64,000 nucleotides of DNA from Chloroflexota bacterium (GTDB taxonomy: Bacteria; Chloroflexota; UBA11872; VXNJ01). The position numbers and the translations under genes were made by a program. The DNA lies in the NCBI GenBank assembly GCA_965208775.1, contig OZ242360.1, forward strand, positions 126,085 to 190,084, written 5' to 3'. Numbering within the stretch: position 1 is the stretch's first letter; every line of letters starts with the position of its first letter. A model generated the notes under the pieces. It had not been told where the DNA came from and made no database searches. It saw only the letters and a list, made by a program, of their open reading frames with translations. Shown in pieces: positions 56,084-64,000 of the stretch.

Positions 56084-56487
56084 AGGCGCCGCCTCTCGGC
56101 ATCGAGGGCCGAGTCTCAGACGCCGATTGCCATTTCGTCGGCTCGCCACAGGCACAACTACCACGAGGAAGTTCGACCGTTCCGGTGAAGAGCCTGTCCC
56201 CTGTTTGGTTAGGGGCCAGAAACTAGAGACGGGGCGGACTTGAACCCAGTCCGGTGGCGGGCTACTCAGGCAGACGAGATCAAGCAGCCCTGGTCCGGAT
56301 CTCCACTTCCGAGCGAATAACCGACCCGTCTCATCAAGGCTGATTCATCCAGTCCATTGACTACCGCGTTTCCGGCAGGAGTTGTTTTCCTCCAGCCTGT
56401 CGACCTGCCAACGGGAGTCCTAAAACCGGACCGCGTTGCCCTTACCCAGTCCAGCGATGCGAAACGCGCCAGCCCAGAAGAGCCCGT

Positions 56488-57126
56488 CTACTCGACTACG
56501 TCGTAGGCGTCCTCTCCGAGGAGCTCCAGACAAATGGCTGTTTTAGTCGAGTCCAGCCGCGCGGGAGCGAACTTGGAAGACCACTTGCAACGGTCGGTCA
56601 GGAAATCAACGGGATCACGCCCAGCCAACGGCTCGGGATGCGCTTCGCCCGCGGCTGTCCAGTCGGCGATTGTCTGACACGCGATCACCGCGTCATCCAG
56701 GTTTTCAGGAATGTAGAGACTTATGTCAAGCTCGATAGTCTCCGCGCCTTCCATCTCGTCGATCTCGGATACGTCCTCACCCCGCGCTATGGCTTCTTTC
56801 CTAATTTGAGCGCGACGCTCGGTGTCGGCCTCTTTTTTTGCAACGACGTGCGTTATCGATCCTTGCTCGAGCGGGATCTGGGCGGCCTTCTCGAACTCGG
56901 CGGCGCATTGCGCGGGATCTTCAGCCGGCGGCTGCCAGCGGCGGTCGAGGCCGCGGCGGTCGAAAGCCACGTCGGCCTTCAATCGTTCAGACGACGTGGT
57001 TTCCCCAGCAGGCTCTCCACAGGCGGCGAGCGCCAACCCAATCAAGATGGCAGTCAATCCAAAAATCGTAAATCGCGCTATCCCAAGGCGGGAGCGTAGT
57101 TCCTTCGATGGTCTCACATACGGCAT
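56488..57126 (-). CDS. Putative lipoprotein of unknown function.
   Basis: Signal peptide with lipobox (…ILIGLALAAC|GE), using the internal start MPYVRPS. Acidic soluble domain. Confidence 0.45.
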   Translation of the reverse strand: MPYVRPSKELRSRLGIARFTIFGLTAILIGLALAACGEPAGETTSSERLKADVAFDRRGLDRRWQPPAEDPAQCAAEFEKAAQIPLEQGSITHVVAKKEADTERRAQIRKEAIARGEDVSEIDEMEGAETIELDISLYIPENLDDAVIACQTIADWTAAGEAHPEPLAGRDPVDFLTDRCKWSSKFAPARLDSTKTAICLELLGEDAYDVVE

Positions 57127-57273
57127 ATCAAGCCTCCGCTCGATACGTTTCAATTCTTCCTTCTCAGCAACGAATGATATCTCAATACTTCCGCTAATTC
57201 GGCGGGGCAACCGTCACAATTCCGCCCCGCGACTGAGCCCCCGGTTCCTGGCAAGGCGCGAATCTCGTGGCAG

Positions 57274-58206
57274 CTAGCGCCCCGCCAGACCCGTAAAGGC
57301 TATTCCGCGTATGAAGTACTTTTGTAGCGAGAAGAACAGAACCAGTATTGGAATCAGCATCAGGACAGCCGAGGCCATGAGCAGGTTCCAGCGTCCGCCT
57401 CCGGCCCCGTGCGAGGTCTCGTCTTCGAGGAAGAAGCGCAGGGCCAGCGCCATCGTTCTCCATCGCTCGCTGTTTATGAAGATCAACGGCGCGAGGAAGT
57501 CGTTCCAGTGATGCAGGATCGAGAATATGGCCGATGTCGCCAGCGCGGGACCCGAAAGCGGCATGATGATATTCCAGTAAATGCGGAAGTACGTCGCGCC
57601 GTCGGCCAGCGCCGCCTCGTCCAGCTCACGCGGCAGCTGCAGCATGAACTGCCGCATCAGGAACACGTAGAACGCCGCGCCGAACGCGCCACCGCCGAAC
57701 CACCACGGGACTATGAGGGCGAGCGGATTATTGATCAGACCCATCAGCCGGAAGAGCACGAACGTTGGAACCAGCGTGATGATTCCAGGCAGCATCAGCG
57801 TGGAAATCAGCAGGAAAAACAGCGAGTTCTTCGCCGGAAAGTCAATTCGCGCAAAGCCGAACGCCACGAGCGAACAGGTCAGAACGGTGCCGATCGTGGC
57901 AAAGACTGCTACCAGAATCGAATTGAGCCCGAACTGATGCATGTGGGTGACCGACCATACGTCGCGGTAGTTCAGCCATATGATTGGATCGGGGATGATT
58001 TGCGGCGGGAACACAAACTCCCGACCTGTTTCCTTGAGAGAGGTGGAAGTCATCCAGATCAGCGGGACCGACGAGACGACCCCAATGACTATCAAGATGG
58101 AATAGTCAACCAGTCGAACGAGGCCGAGCCGCAAGAAGTAGCCGCGCGCGTGTTTCCGAGACGATCCAGCGATGGCGTCGGTCTTGGCCGCGGTCGCGAG
58201 GCCCAT
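57274..58206 (-). CDS. Carbohydrate ABC transporter permease (MalG/UgpE-like).
   Basis: EAA motif and six TM helices. Last gene of the SBP–MalF–MalG operon. Confidence 0.8.
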   Translation of the reverse strand: MGLATAAKTDAIAGSSRKHARGYFLRLGLVRLVDYSILIVIGVVSSVPLIWMTSTSLKETGREFVFPPQIIPDPIIWLNYRDVWSVTHMHQFGLNSILVAVFATIGTVLTCSLVAFGFARIDFPAKNSLFFLLISTLMLPGIITLVPTFVLFRLMGLINNPLALIVPWWFGGGAFGAAFYVFLMRQFMLQLPRELDEAALADGATYFRIYWNIIMPLSGPALATSAIFSILHHWNDFLAPLIFINSERWRTMALALRFFLEDETSHGAGGGRWNLLMASAVLMLIPILVLFFSLQKYFIRGIAFTGLAGR

Positions 58207-58209
58207 CGG

Positions 58210-59142
58210 CTAGTTGGTGGCTCCTTCGTAGTACACCCAGCTTCTGCCAACCAGGAAGTTGATCGCCGTGAAGAACATCACGATAGCCAGCAACACCCAT
58301 CCAAGAGTGGAGGCGTACCCCATCCTCAGGAATTCAAACGCGTGCTGGTAAAGCCACAGGACATAGAACAGGGTGGAATTGATAGGACCGCCTCCCGTTG
58401 CGATAAACGCAACGGTGAATACCTGAAACGAGCCGATGATTCCGAGGACCAGGTTAAAGAAGATGACGGGCGTGATCATCGGGACTGTCACGTGCCAGAA
58501 CCGCCTAAGCACTCCGGCGCCGTCGATTGACGCAGCTTCCTGGAGCGTCAACGGAACGCTCTGGAGCCCGGCGAGGAAGATGACCATCTGTCCCCCGACG
58601 CCCCAGAAGCTCATGATGATGAAGGCGGGCTTGACCCAGCTCGGATCTCCCAGCCAGTCGATTCTGGGGCCGTTGAACAGGTTGATTACGTAGTTGAAGA
58701 ACCCGTAGTCCGGGTTGTACATGTACATGAACAAGATCACGCTCGCGACGGCGGGCGTGACGGTAGGCAGATAGAACAGCGTGCGGAAGATGTTGATTCC
58801 CCGCAGCTTTTGATTCAGTGCCAGCGCCAACAGTAGCGCGAGCGCAATCTGGAGCGGCACACCGATGAACGTGTAGTAGGCCGTGTTGTACAAAGCCGTG
58901 TAAAACAGCTTGTCGTTGATCATGCGGTCGTAGTTGGCCGCACCTATAAAGCTCGGCGGCGACAGCAGGTTGTATTTGGTGAAGGAGACGACCGCCGAAA
59001 AGAGCATCGGATAAGCCGTGAAGATCACGAATCCGAGGATCCCGGGGCTTATGAACAAATAGCCCGCCAGATACCGTTTTAACCTGGCGCTGCTCAGCGG
59101 CCGCCGGCCGCGTGGCGCTTGAACAGTTTCAGCTACCGCCAA
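58210..59142 (-). CDS. Carbohydrate ABC transporter permease (MalF/UgpA-like).
   Basis: EAA motif (LQEAASIDGAGVLRRFWHVTVPMI). A 4-bp gap separates it from the downstream MalG. Confidence 0.8.
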   Translation of the reverse strand: MAVAETVQAPRGRRPLSSARLKRYLAGYLFISPGILGFVIFTAYPMLFSAVVSFTKYNLLSPPSFIGAANYDRMINDKLFYTALYNTAYYTFIGVPLQIALALLLALALNQKLRGINIFRTLFYLPTVTPAVASVILFMYMYNPDYGFFNYVINLFNGPRIDWLGDPSWVKPAFIIMSFWGVGGQMVIFLAGLQSVPLTLQEAASIDGAGVLRRFWHVTVPMITPVIFFNLVLGIIGSFQVFTVAFIATGGGPINSTLFYVLWLYQHAFEFLRMGYASTLGWVLLAIVMFFTAINFLVGRSWVYYEGATN

Positions 59143-59301
59143 CGTCTATCCCTCGTTTCCGCCTTTACAGCTTGACCATCGTCGGTCGCCCCGGGCCGCC
59201 CACCCGATGTGGGCGGCCCGGACACGACTTAACTCAACCGATTCGGCCAGCCCGCTCGTTCGGTTGGGAGTCCCGAACGGCGAGAGTACCGATGAATTCG
59301 G

Positions 59302-60708
59302 CTATTCGTGCAGCAGCCTGTCGGCCTCTACCTTGACGTCGTCCAGGAACTCCTGGACCGTCTTGCGGCCAAGGACCGCCTCGTCGTAGTTGGCCTGGAA
59401 GATCTTGTTGATCTCACCGTAGGCTACCGGCTGGAAGAACTGCTCCTTGAGCTGCTTCGAGGCCGCGATGTGCACCTCGATGTTGTCCCAGGCGACGATC
59501 GAGTTTCGGAAAACCTCGCCGCTCATCTGAGACTTGCGCGTCGGAGCCGTAACACCGGCGGCGATGACGTGGTTCACGCCTTCCATGCCTACGTAGGAAA
59601 CCAAGTCCCACGCCGCGTCCTTGTCCGGAGTGGCGCTGTGCATGCCGATGCCCTCGGGAGCGTCCCGGCTCTGGTCATCGCCGTTCGGCATCTTGAACAT
59701 CGGAGCCACGCCCGCCGGCGTGTCCGCCGGGATGCGCGTGGTGAAGGACCGGTGCGACTGGTAGATACCAATTCTGCCGCTTACGAACAGGCCCTGGTTG
59801 CCGCCCTGGAAGGTCTTGGAGTATGACCTGGACGGGACCAAGTCCTGCTGGACGTGATCGACCGCCCACTGCATTCCCGCAACGCCCTCGGGGCTGTTGG
59901 CCACGAACTCGTTGGGGTCGTCGAATGCGCCGCGGTTGTCCCAGACCTTACCGCCGAAACCCCATATCCAGAGATACTGGAGCTTGAGGGCCGCCGGTAC
60001 TTCGGTTCCGCCCCAGACACGCTCGTCGCCCTCGCCGGTCGACAAGGTCTCGATCATGTTCTGGTACGCGTCGATGGTCCACTCGCCCTTCTGGTGCAAG
60101 TCCCAAGGAAGTTCGAGACCGGCGTTCTCGAGCAGAGGCTTGTAGTAGATGTACAGCCACGGACCGTGGAACATCGGGACCGTGTAGGCCTTGCCCTTGT
60201 AGGACATCGCCTCGAGGCTTCCGGAGTGGAAGTCGTCTCGGGCAAACCCCGAGTCGGCCTTCATGTACTCGTCGAGCGGCTCGATGACGCCGTTGGCGGC
60301 CATCTGGACCACGAACTGCGGGTGAACGTAGTTCACGTCCGGTGCAACGCCGCCGGCGAGCGACGTCAGCAGCTTCGCCGCAAAGTCGGCGAACGGGAAC
60401 TGGTTGAGCGTCAGCGTGACGTGGGGGTTGAGCCCCATGTAGTCCTTGACGATCAGCTTCAGCGCGTCATCCATCTGGATCAGCGCCTGGTGCCACCATT
60501 CCAGCTCAATCTGGGCCGGCTTGGGCTTCTCGGCCATGGCGGTCGCCGCCGGCTCTGCAGCCTTGGTCGCGGCAGGCGCCGCGGTCGCCTGTGTCGCCGG
60601 AGCTTCTTCCTCACCGCAGCCGGCGAGGGCGGCAAGCCCGACTACTCCGACTCCGGCAACCGCGCCGGCTCGAAGGAAGTTCCTTCGCGAAAAAGATTTC
60701 AATTTCAA
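59302..60708 (-). CDS. Extracellular solute-binding protein (SBP family 1), Tat-signal lipoprotein.
   Basis: SRRNFLRAGAVAGVGVVGLAALAGC twin-arginine motif plus lipobox. The 468-aa length is typical of a sugar SBP. Confidence 0.8.
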   Translation of the reverse strand: MKLKSFSRRNFLRAGAVAGVGVVGLAALAGCGEEEAPATQATAAPAATKAAEPAATAMAEKPKPAQIELEWWHQALIQMDDALKLIVKDYMGLNPHVTLTLNQFPFADFAAKLLTSLAGGVAPDVNYVHPQFVVQMAANGVIEPLDEYMKADSGFARDDFHSGSLEAMSYKGKAYTVPMFHGPWLYIYYKPLLENAGLELPWDLHQKGEWTIDAYQNMIETLSTGEGDERVWGGTEVPAALKLQYLWIWGFGGKVWDNRGAFDDPNEFVANSPEGVAGMQWAVDHVQQDLVPSRSYSKTFQGGNQGLFVSGRIGIYQSHRSFTTRIPADTPAGVAPMFKMPNGDDQSRDAPEGIGMHSATPDKDAAWDLVSYVGMEGVNHVIAAGVTAPTRKSQMSGEVFRNSIVAWDNIEVHIAASKQLKEQFFQPVAYGEINKIFQANYDEAVLGRKTVQEFLDDVKVEADRLLHE

Positions 60709-61119
60709 TTGCTTCTCCTAGTCCAAAAGAGACCCGAAAATCGCTGCGTCTATTGCTTTCGTAATACCCCCTCCTGCAGGCGCTACGTTTCCACAGACCG
60801 GATGAGGACCATCAACGTTGCTTACCTTAATGAAAATCAGGGAAACTCGGCAAAGAGCGGCTCGCCTTCGACCGCCAATGCCGCCGATCCCCAATTCACC
60901 GAACAGCGTCCTCGCCAGCCCCCCGGGTTGGTTCAATCCTCACTGAGACTGTTCCACGGCGATGATATAAGTTGTTTCGCCTGCTATCAAGCGCCGACCG
61001 CCAGGTAACGTCAAGACTTTTTCGAAAGTCTGACGAGCGCGCGGAGCCACACGAGACGTTCACTTCCGCAACGTTGGGGCGAATCTCACGCAAGAACCTC
61101 CATCGAAGGGCCGACAGAG

Positions 61120-61950
61120 TTAACTGTCTCCGCTTCTGAGCTTGTCCAGTATTCGCTGACCATTCAAACCGAGCAACTTGCGTTTCTGGTCGTCCGACAG
61201 CCTGCACGAGGCAATGCGCCCTATAGCCACGGACAGCGAAAGCAGCAGGGAATCGGACCCGAATAGAACGCGGTCCTCTCCAGCCTCGCGGACCAGGTGC
61301 TCGATCAGATTGTGAGTTATTGGAGCGCAGATCTCGATGTAGAAATTGGAGCTAGCCCTGGCGCACTTGCCGTATATTCTCGCGCCTTCGAGGTCTGGCC
61401 CCGCGTGATACGCGACAAACGTGACGTCCGGAAACTGCGTCGCCGCTTCCGAGAGTTCGACCGGCGTTCCGATCGCAGCTCTCGCTCCCGTATGTGAGAC
61501 GACTACAAAACCGTGCTTGTTGGCGAACTCGTACACCGGCCAGTACGCCCTGTCGTTGAGATGAAACCCGTGGCGGTGCGGGTAGAGCTTTATCGCGCGC
61601 ATGTCGTATTCATCTCGACAGCGTTCCAGCTCGGGAACGGTCGCGTCCCTGTAGTTGGGGTTGACCTCGACCGCGCCTTCGAGGCGTCCGGGATAATCGC
61701 GCATTGCCTGCCCGATCACGTCGTTGCCACGCCTGACGTCTCCCGACGCGAGCCCCATCAAATGGTGAACGACCGACTTCTTCACTCCGAACTGGTCCAT
61801 CGACCGTATCAAATGCTCCGGCCGGTCCTCAGACGCCCAGTGCTGGTACCACCTGCCCAGATGGGTATGAAAATCGACTATGTGGAGATCACCCGCGCCC
61901 GGACCGTTTTTCAGGATGTCTGAAACCGTGGGCGGTCCGGCGGCGGTCAT
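61120..61950 (-). CDS. Amidohydrolase-2 family metal-dependent hydrolase (ACMSD/lactonase-like TIM barrel).
   Basis: DFHTHLG metal-binding start and …VVSHTG… are typical of PF04909-type enzymes. Confidence 0.65.
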   Translation of the reverse strand: MTAAGPPTVSDILKNGPGAGDLHIVDFHTHLGRWYQHWASEDRPEHLIRSMDQFGVKKSVVHHLMGLASGDVRRGNDVIGQAMRDYPGRLEGAVEVNPNYRDATVPELERCRDEYDMRAIKLYPHRHGFHLNDRAYWPVYEFANKHGFVVVSHTGARAAIGTPVELSEAATQFPDVTFVAYHAGPDLEGARIYGKCARASSNFYIEICAPITHNLIEHLVREAGEDRVLFGSDSLLLSLSVAIGRIASCRLSDDQKRKLLGLNGQRILDKLRSGDS

Positions 61951-62735
61951 CGGCGGACTCCTTCGAGCAGTCGTTTCAGGTTCCCGGAAGCGATTTGCCT
62001 TTTGGCGTCATCGTCTATGCGCGCCCGCGAAATCGCCACGATAGCCGGCCCCGGCGCCCATCGGGGCAGGCCGGTGCCGAATAGCAGCCGCCCCGGGCCG
62101 AACCGTTCGACGATCCGCTCAATGTAGCCGCTCTCGTGATTCTCCGCCGTATCGAGATACAGATTCTCGTGGATCTCCCACAACGGCCAGATGGGGCGGT
62201 TGGTCCGCCAGCTAATCCGGGCGGACTGATTCAGGACCAGCGGCAGGTCGGGGTGCCGGGAGCAAACGTCGTGCACTTCGTTCCAGGTGATCTGCGATTG
62301 ATCGACGAACAAGGGCATCCGCCGATCTTCCAGCGCCGACAGCAGTGGACCCGCCGACCAGTAGGCGAGCGGGAAGTTGTGACCGGTTTCAGGCAGGTCC
62401 ATTTTCTGGGACGGGTAGATGCGCCCCGTCAGCACGTCCTGATCGATCATCGTCTGGGTCAACTCGTCAGGCGGTGGGAATTCGCCGGTGTGATGGGGAA
62501 GCAGCACCCATTGCGGAAGAAGGCGCCCATTCCCGTTCAGCTCTTCCATCAGGATGTCGTTGCCGGTTTCCGCGTCGTACTCCCGGGCCACGAGGTGATA
62601 GACGAGTGCCGACCGAATGCCCGCGTAGTCGAAAGTCTCCAGCAGCTCGCCGACCGTTGCCGGCAGATCGGGGACCGGCGGATCGGTGTAACGCCCGATG
62701 GCACAGTTGCAATCGAAGAATTCGAGTTCAGCCAT
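61947..62735 (-). CDS. Amidohydrolase-2-like protein, translationally coupled to the downstream paralog (ATGA overlap).
   Basis: Similar length and layout to the neighbour, with a 4-bp overlap to 61120..61950. Confidence 0.55.
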   Translation of the reverse strand: MAELEFFDCNCAIGRYTDPPVPDLPATVGELLETFDYAGIRSALVYHLVAREYDAETGNDILMEELNGNGRLLPQWVLLPHHTGEFPPPDELTQTMIDQDVLTGRIYPSQKMDLPETGHNFPLAYWSAGPLLSALEDRRMPLFVDQSQITWNEVHDVCSRHPDLPLVLNQSARISWRTNRPIWPLWEIHENLYLDTAENHESGYIERIVERFGPGRLLFGTGLPRWAPGPAIVAISRARIDDDAKRQIASGNLKRLLEGVRR

Positions 62736-63011
62736 CCGCGTCTCCCCCGGGCCGACTCAGGTTGTCATGATCATAGCGGCAGCCGCGGAATCGGCAAACA
62801 GTTCATGCGCCCGCCCCCCTCCATGATCGTCATCGACGCAGCACCCGCGGTCCGCGCACAGGCTATGCTACCGACGGGGACCGGCGGACTTGTCTGACCC
62901 GCTGGGCATCTGGGATTCGTTCCGCAGCTATTCAATTCCAGACGAGTCAGCGAACCTTGCGACCCAGCGGGCCACTTCAAGCCATTCCAGACCATCATCC
63001 GGGGGAATCCA

Positions 63012-64000
63012 ATGTGGGACAAGACCGAATACGAAGTTCCAGAGTCTCAATTCAACGACCGTCTGGAAAAGGTCCGGGAGTTTGCCGATCAGAACGATCT
63101 GTCAGCCGTGGTCGCATACTCCGCGCCCACCATTCACCACTGGGCTCAAAGCGGGCACGTTAGTTATCTGACGAACTGGTCAAACCTCGACCGGTTGGTT
63201 GACACGATGGTCGTCGTCCCCCGCAAGGGGGCTCCCGTCCTTCTGCTGGCGGGTGTGGAGTACATGCTCGAACAGATCGACGAGGTGTCGTGGATCAAGG
63301 ATGTGCGGATGGTGAGCTCGCCGGACCCGCGGGCCGTATCCAGCTCCTATGACGCGGGCGTCGCCGGGGAGGAAACCGAGGGGGGCGCGACCACTTTTGG
63401 CGGAGCGGTCGCCGACATCGTCAGTGCAAACGGCTGCGGCGGACGCCCGATAGGAATCGCCGGCAAGGACCAGCTAACGCTCGCTCTCTATATGGATCTG
63501 GAATCGTCGATAAGGGAAGGCGTCGCCGATACTCCCGACATCGTGGCCGAACTGCGCGCCGTGAAAAGCCCCGAGGAGATCAGCCTTCAGCGGCAGGTCG
63601 CCGCAGTCGCCGACCGGTGTTACGAGACGATGATGATTGCGCTCGAGGACGGCATGTGGGGATACGAGCTGTCGGCCGAGATGGATCGCACCGGCAAGAT
63701 CGTTGGAGCCGATTTCATCTACAACACGATGCACACGGCTCCGCAGGGCGATCTCGAGTCCGGCGTTTTATCCATCAAGTCGCACGACCACAGAATGCAC
63801 CGCGGCGATTACATAAACACAAACGCCTACATCATCAACAAGGGCTACTGGATTCAGTCCGCGCGCAGCGGGACAATTGGGAGAACGTTCCCGTCAGAGG
63901 CCCATCTCGTCCAGGAGCTGCTCGACATCCAGCTTGAAGTCCTGGACGCCATCCAACCCGGACTCCCCATTGGCGAAATGCTGCGTATCGCGGAGGCCGG
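63012..64000 (+). CDS. M24-family metallopeptidase (creatinase/Xaa-Pro dipeptidase-like), 3′-partial because it runs off the window.
   Basis: I translated the frame manually. It is open from the ATG at 63012 to the window end, with a creatinase-N-like domain followed by the start of the pita-bread fold. This ORF is absent from the six-frame track because it has no stop in the window. Confidence 0.65.
   Translation, partial: MWDKTEYEVPESQFNDRLEKVREFADQNDLSAVVAYSAPTIHHWAQSGHVSYLTNWSNLDRLVDTMVVVPRKGAPVLLLAGVEYMLEQIDEVSWIKDVRMVSSPDPRAVSSSYDAGVAGEETEGGATTFGGAVADIVSANGCGGRPIGIAGKDQLTLALYMDLESSIREGVADTPDIVAELRAVKSPEEISLQRQVAAVADRCYETMMIALEDGMWGYELSAEMDRTGKIVGADFIYNTMHTAPQGDLESGVLSIKSHDHRMHRGDYINTNAYIINKGYWIQSARSGTIGRTFPSEAHLVQELLDIQLEVLDAIQPGLPIGEMLRIAEA

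Noticed and set aside
56084-56487. 404-bp ORF-free convergent spacer, considered as a possible ncRNA or mobile-element remnant.
   Set aside because: Only short imperfect hairpins are present (e.g. CCCCT-N8-AGGGG). There are no terminal inverted repeats or conserved ncRNA features. I mention it only under the orphan-MalG finding.
1-64000. Scan for CRISPR arrays, integrases or transposases, and rRNA.
   Set aside because: There are no regularly spaced short direct repeats. No ORF has recombinase or DDE-transposase motifs, including near tRNA-Thr. There are no rRNA-like conserved stretches. The repeats present are gene-sized paralog duplications.

Overview
High-GC (~65%) bacterial chromosomal segment, possibly Chloroflexota or Actinomycetota; taxonomy cannot be fixed from sequence alone. 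I found no integrase, transposase, CRISPR array or rRNA. The window divides into four parts.

- **1–13.2 kb, core metabolism.** A sugar ABC permease, an MDR alcohol dehydrogenase, a TetR-headed futalosine-pathway menaquinone operon (mqnE/C–mqnA–mqnC/E–mqnD), an amidase, a HAD hydrolase, a Gfo/Idh/MocA oxidoreductase, an NHL propeller, a tandem-GNAT fusion, and tRNA-Thr(UGU).
- **13.4–31.4 kb, paralog-rich accessory region.** Three paralogous ~760-aa membrane proteins carry a C-terminal LtaS/sulfatase-like (alkaline-phosphatase-superfamily) domain. Two of them are in inverted orientation and share ~1.45 kb of near-identical 5′ sequence. Together they bracket an ~11-kb segment encoding a BNR/sialidase-like protein, a sulfatase, a Gfo/Idh/MocA oxidoreductase, a cupin, hydantoinase A/B plus a small Zn-ribbon protein, and a kinase-like/SAM-methyltransferase fusion.
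- **31.5–48.2 kb, envelope-glycoconjugate locus.** A minus-strand operon of about 11.6 kb encodes five very large polytopic GT-C-like/YfhO-like membrane proteins in two paralog families, a GT2 polyprenyl-phosphate glycosyltransferase-like enzyme, a Wzx-like flippase, and two small TM–ectodomain–TM proteins homologous to the N-terminal module of the LtaS-like proteins. The composition parallels the CsbB/GtcA/YfhO + LtaS logic of lipoteichoic-acid synthesis and glycosylation, and it is my best candidate for an undescribed system.
- **48.3–64 kb, mixed metabolism.** A C-N hydrolase, Gfo/Idh/MocA and 2-hydroxyacid dehydrogenases, a secreted β-propeller protein, a glycoside-hydrolase-like propeller, a sugar ABC transporter (SBP–MalF–MalG) with an inverted orphan MalG duplicate, two amidohydrolase-2 genes, and a partial M24 peptidase.

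Many long opposite-strand or off-frame ORFs in the six-frame track are high-GC artefacts, and I did not call them.
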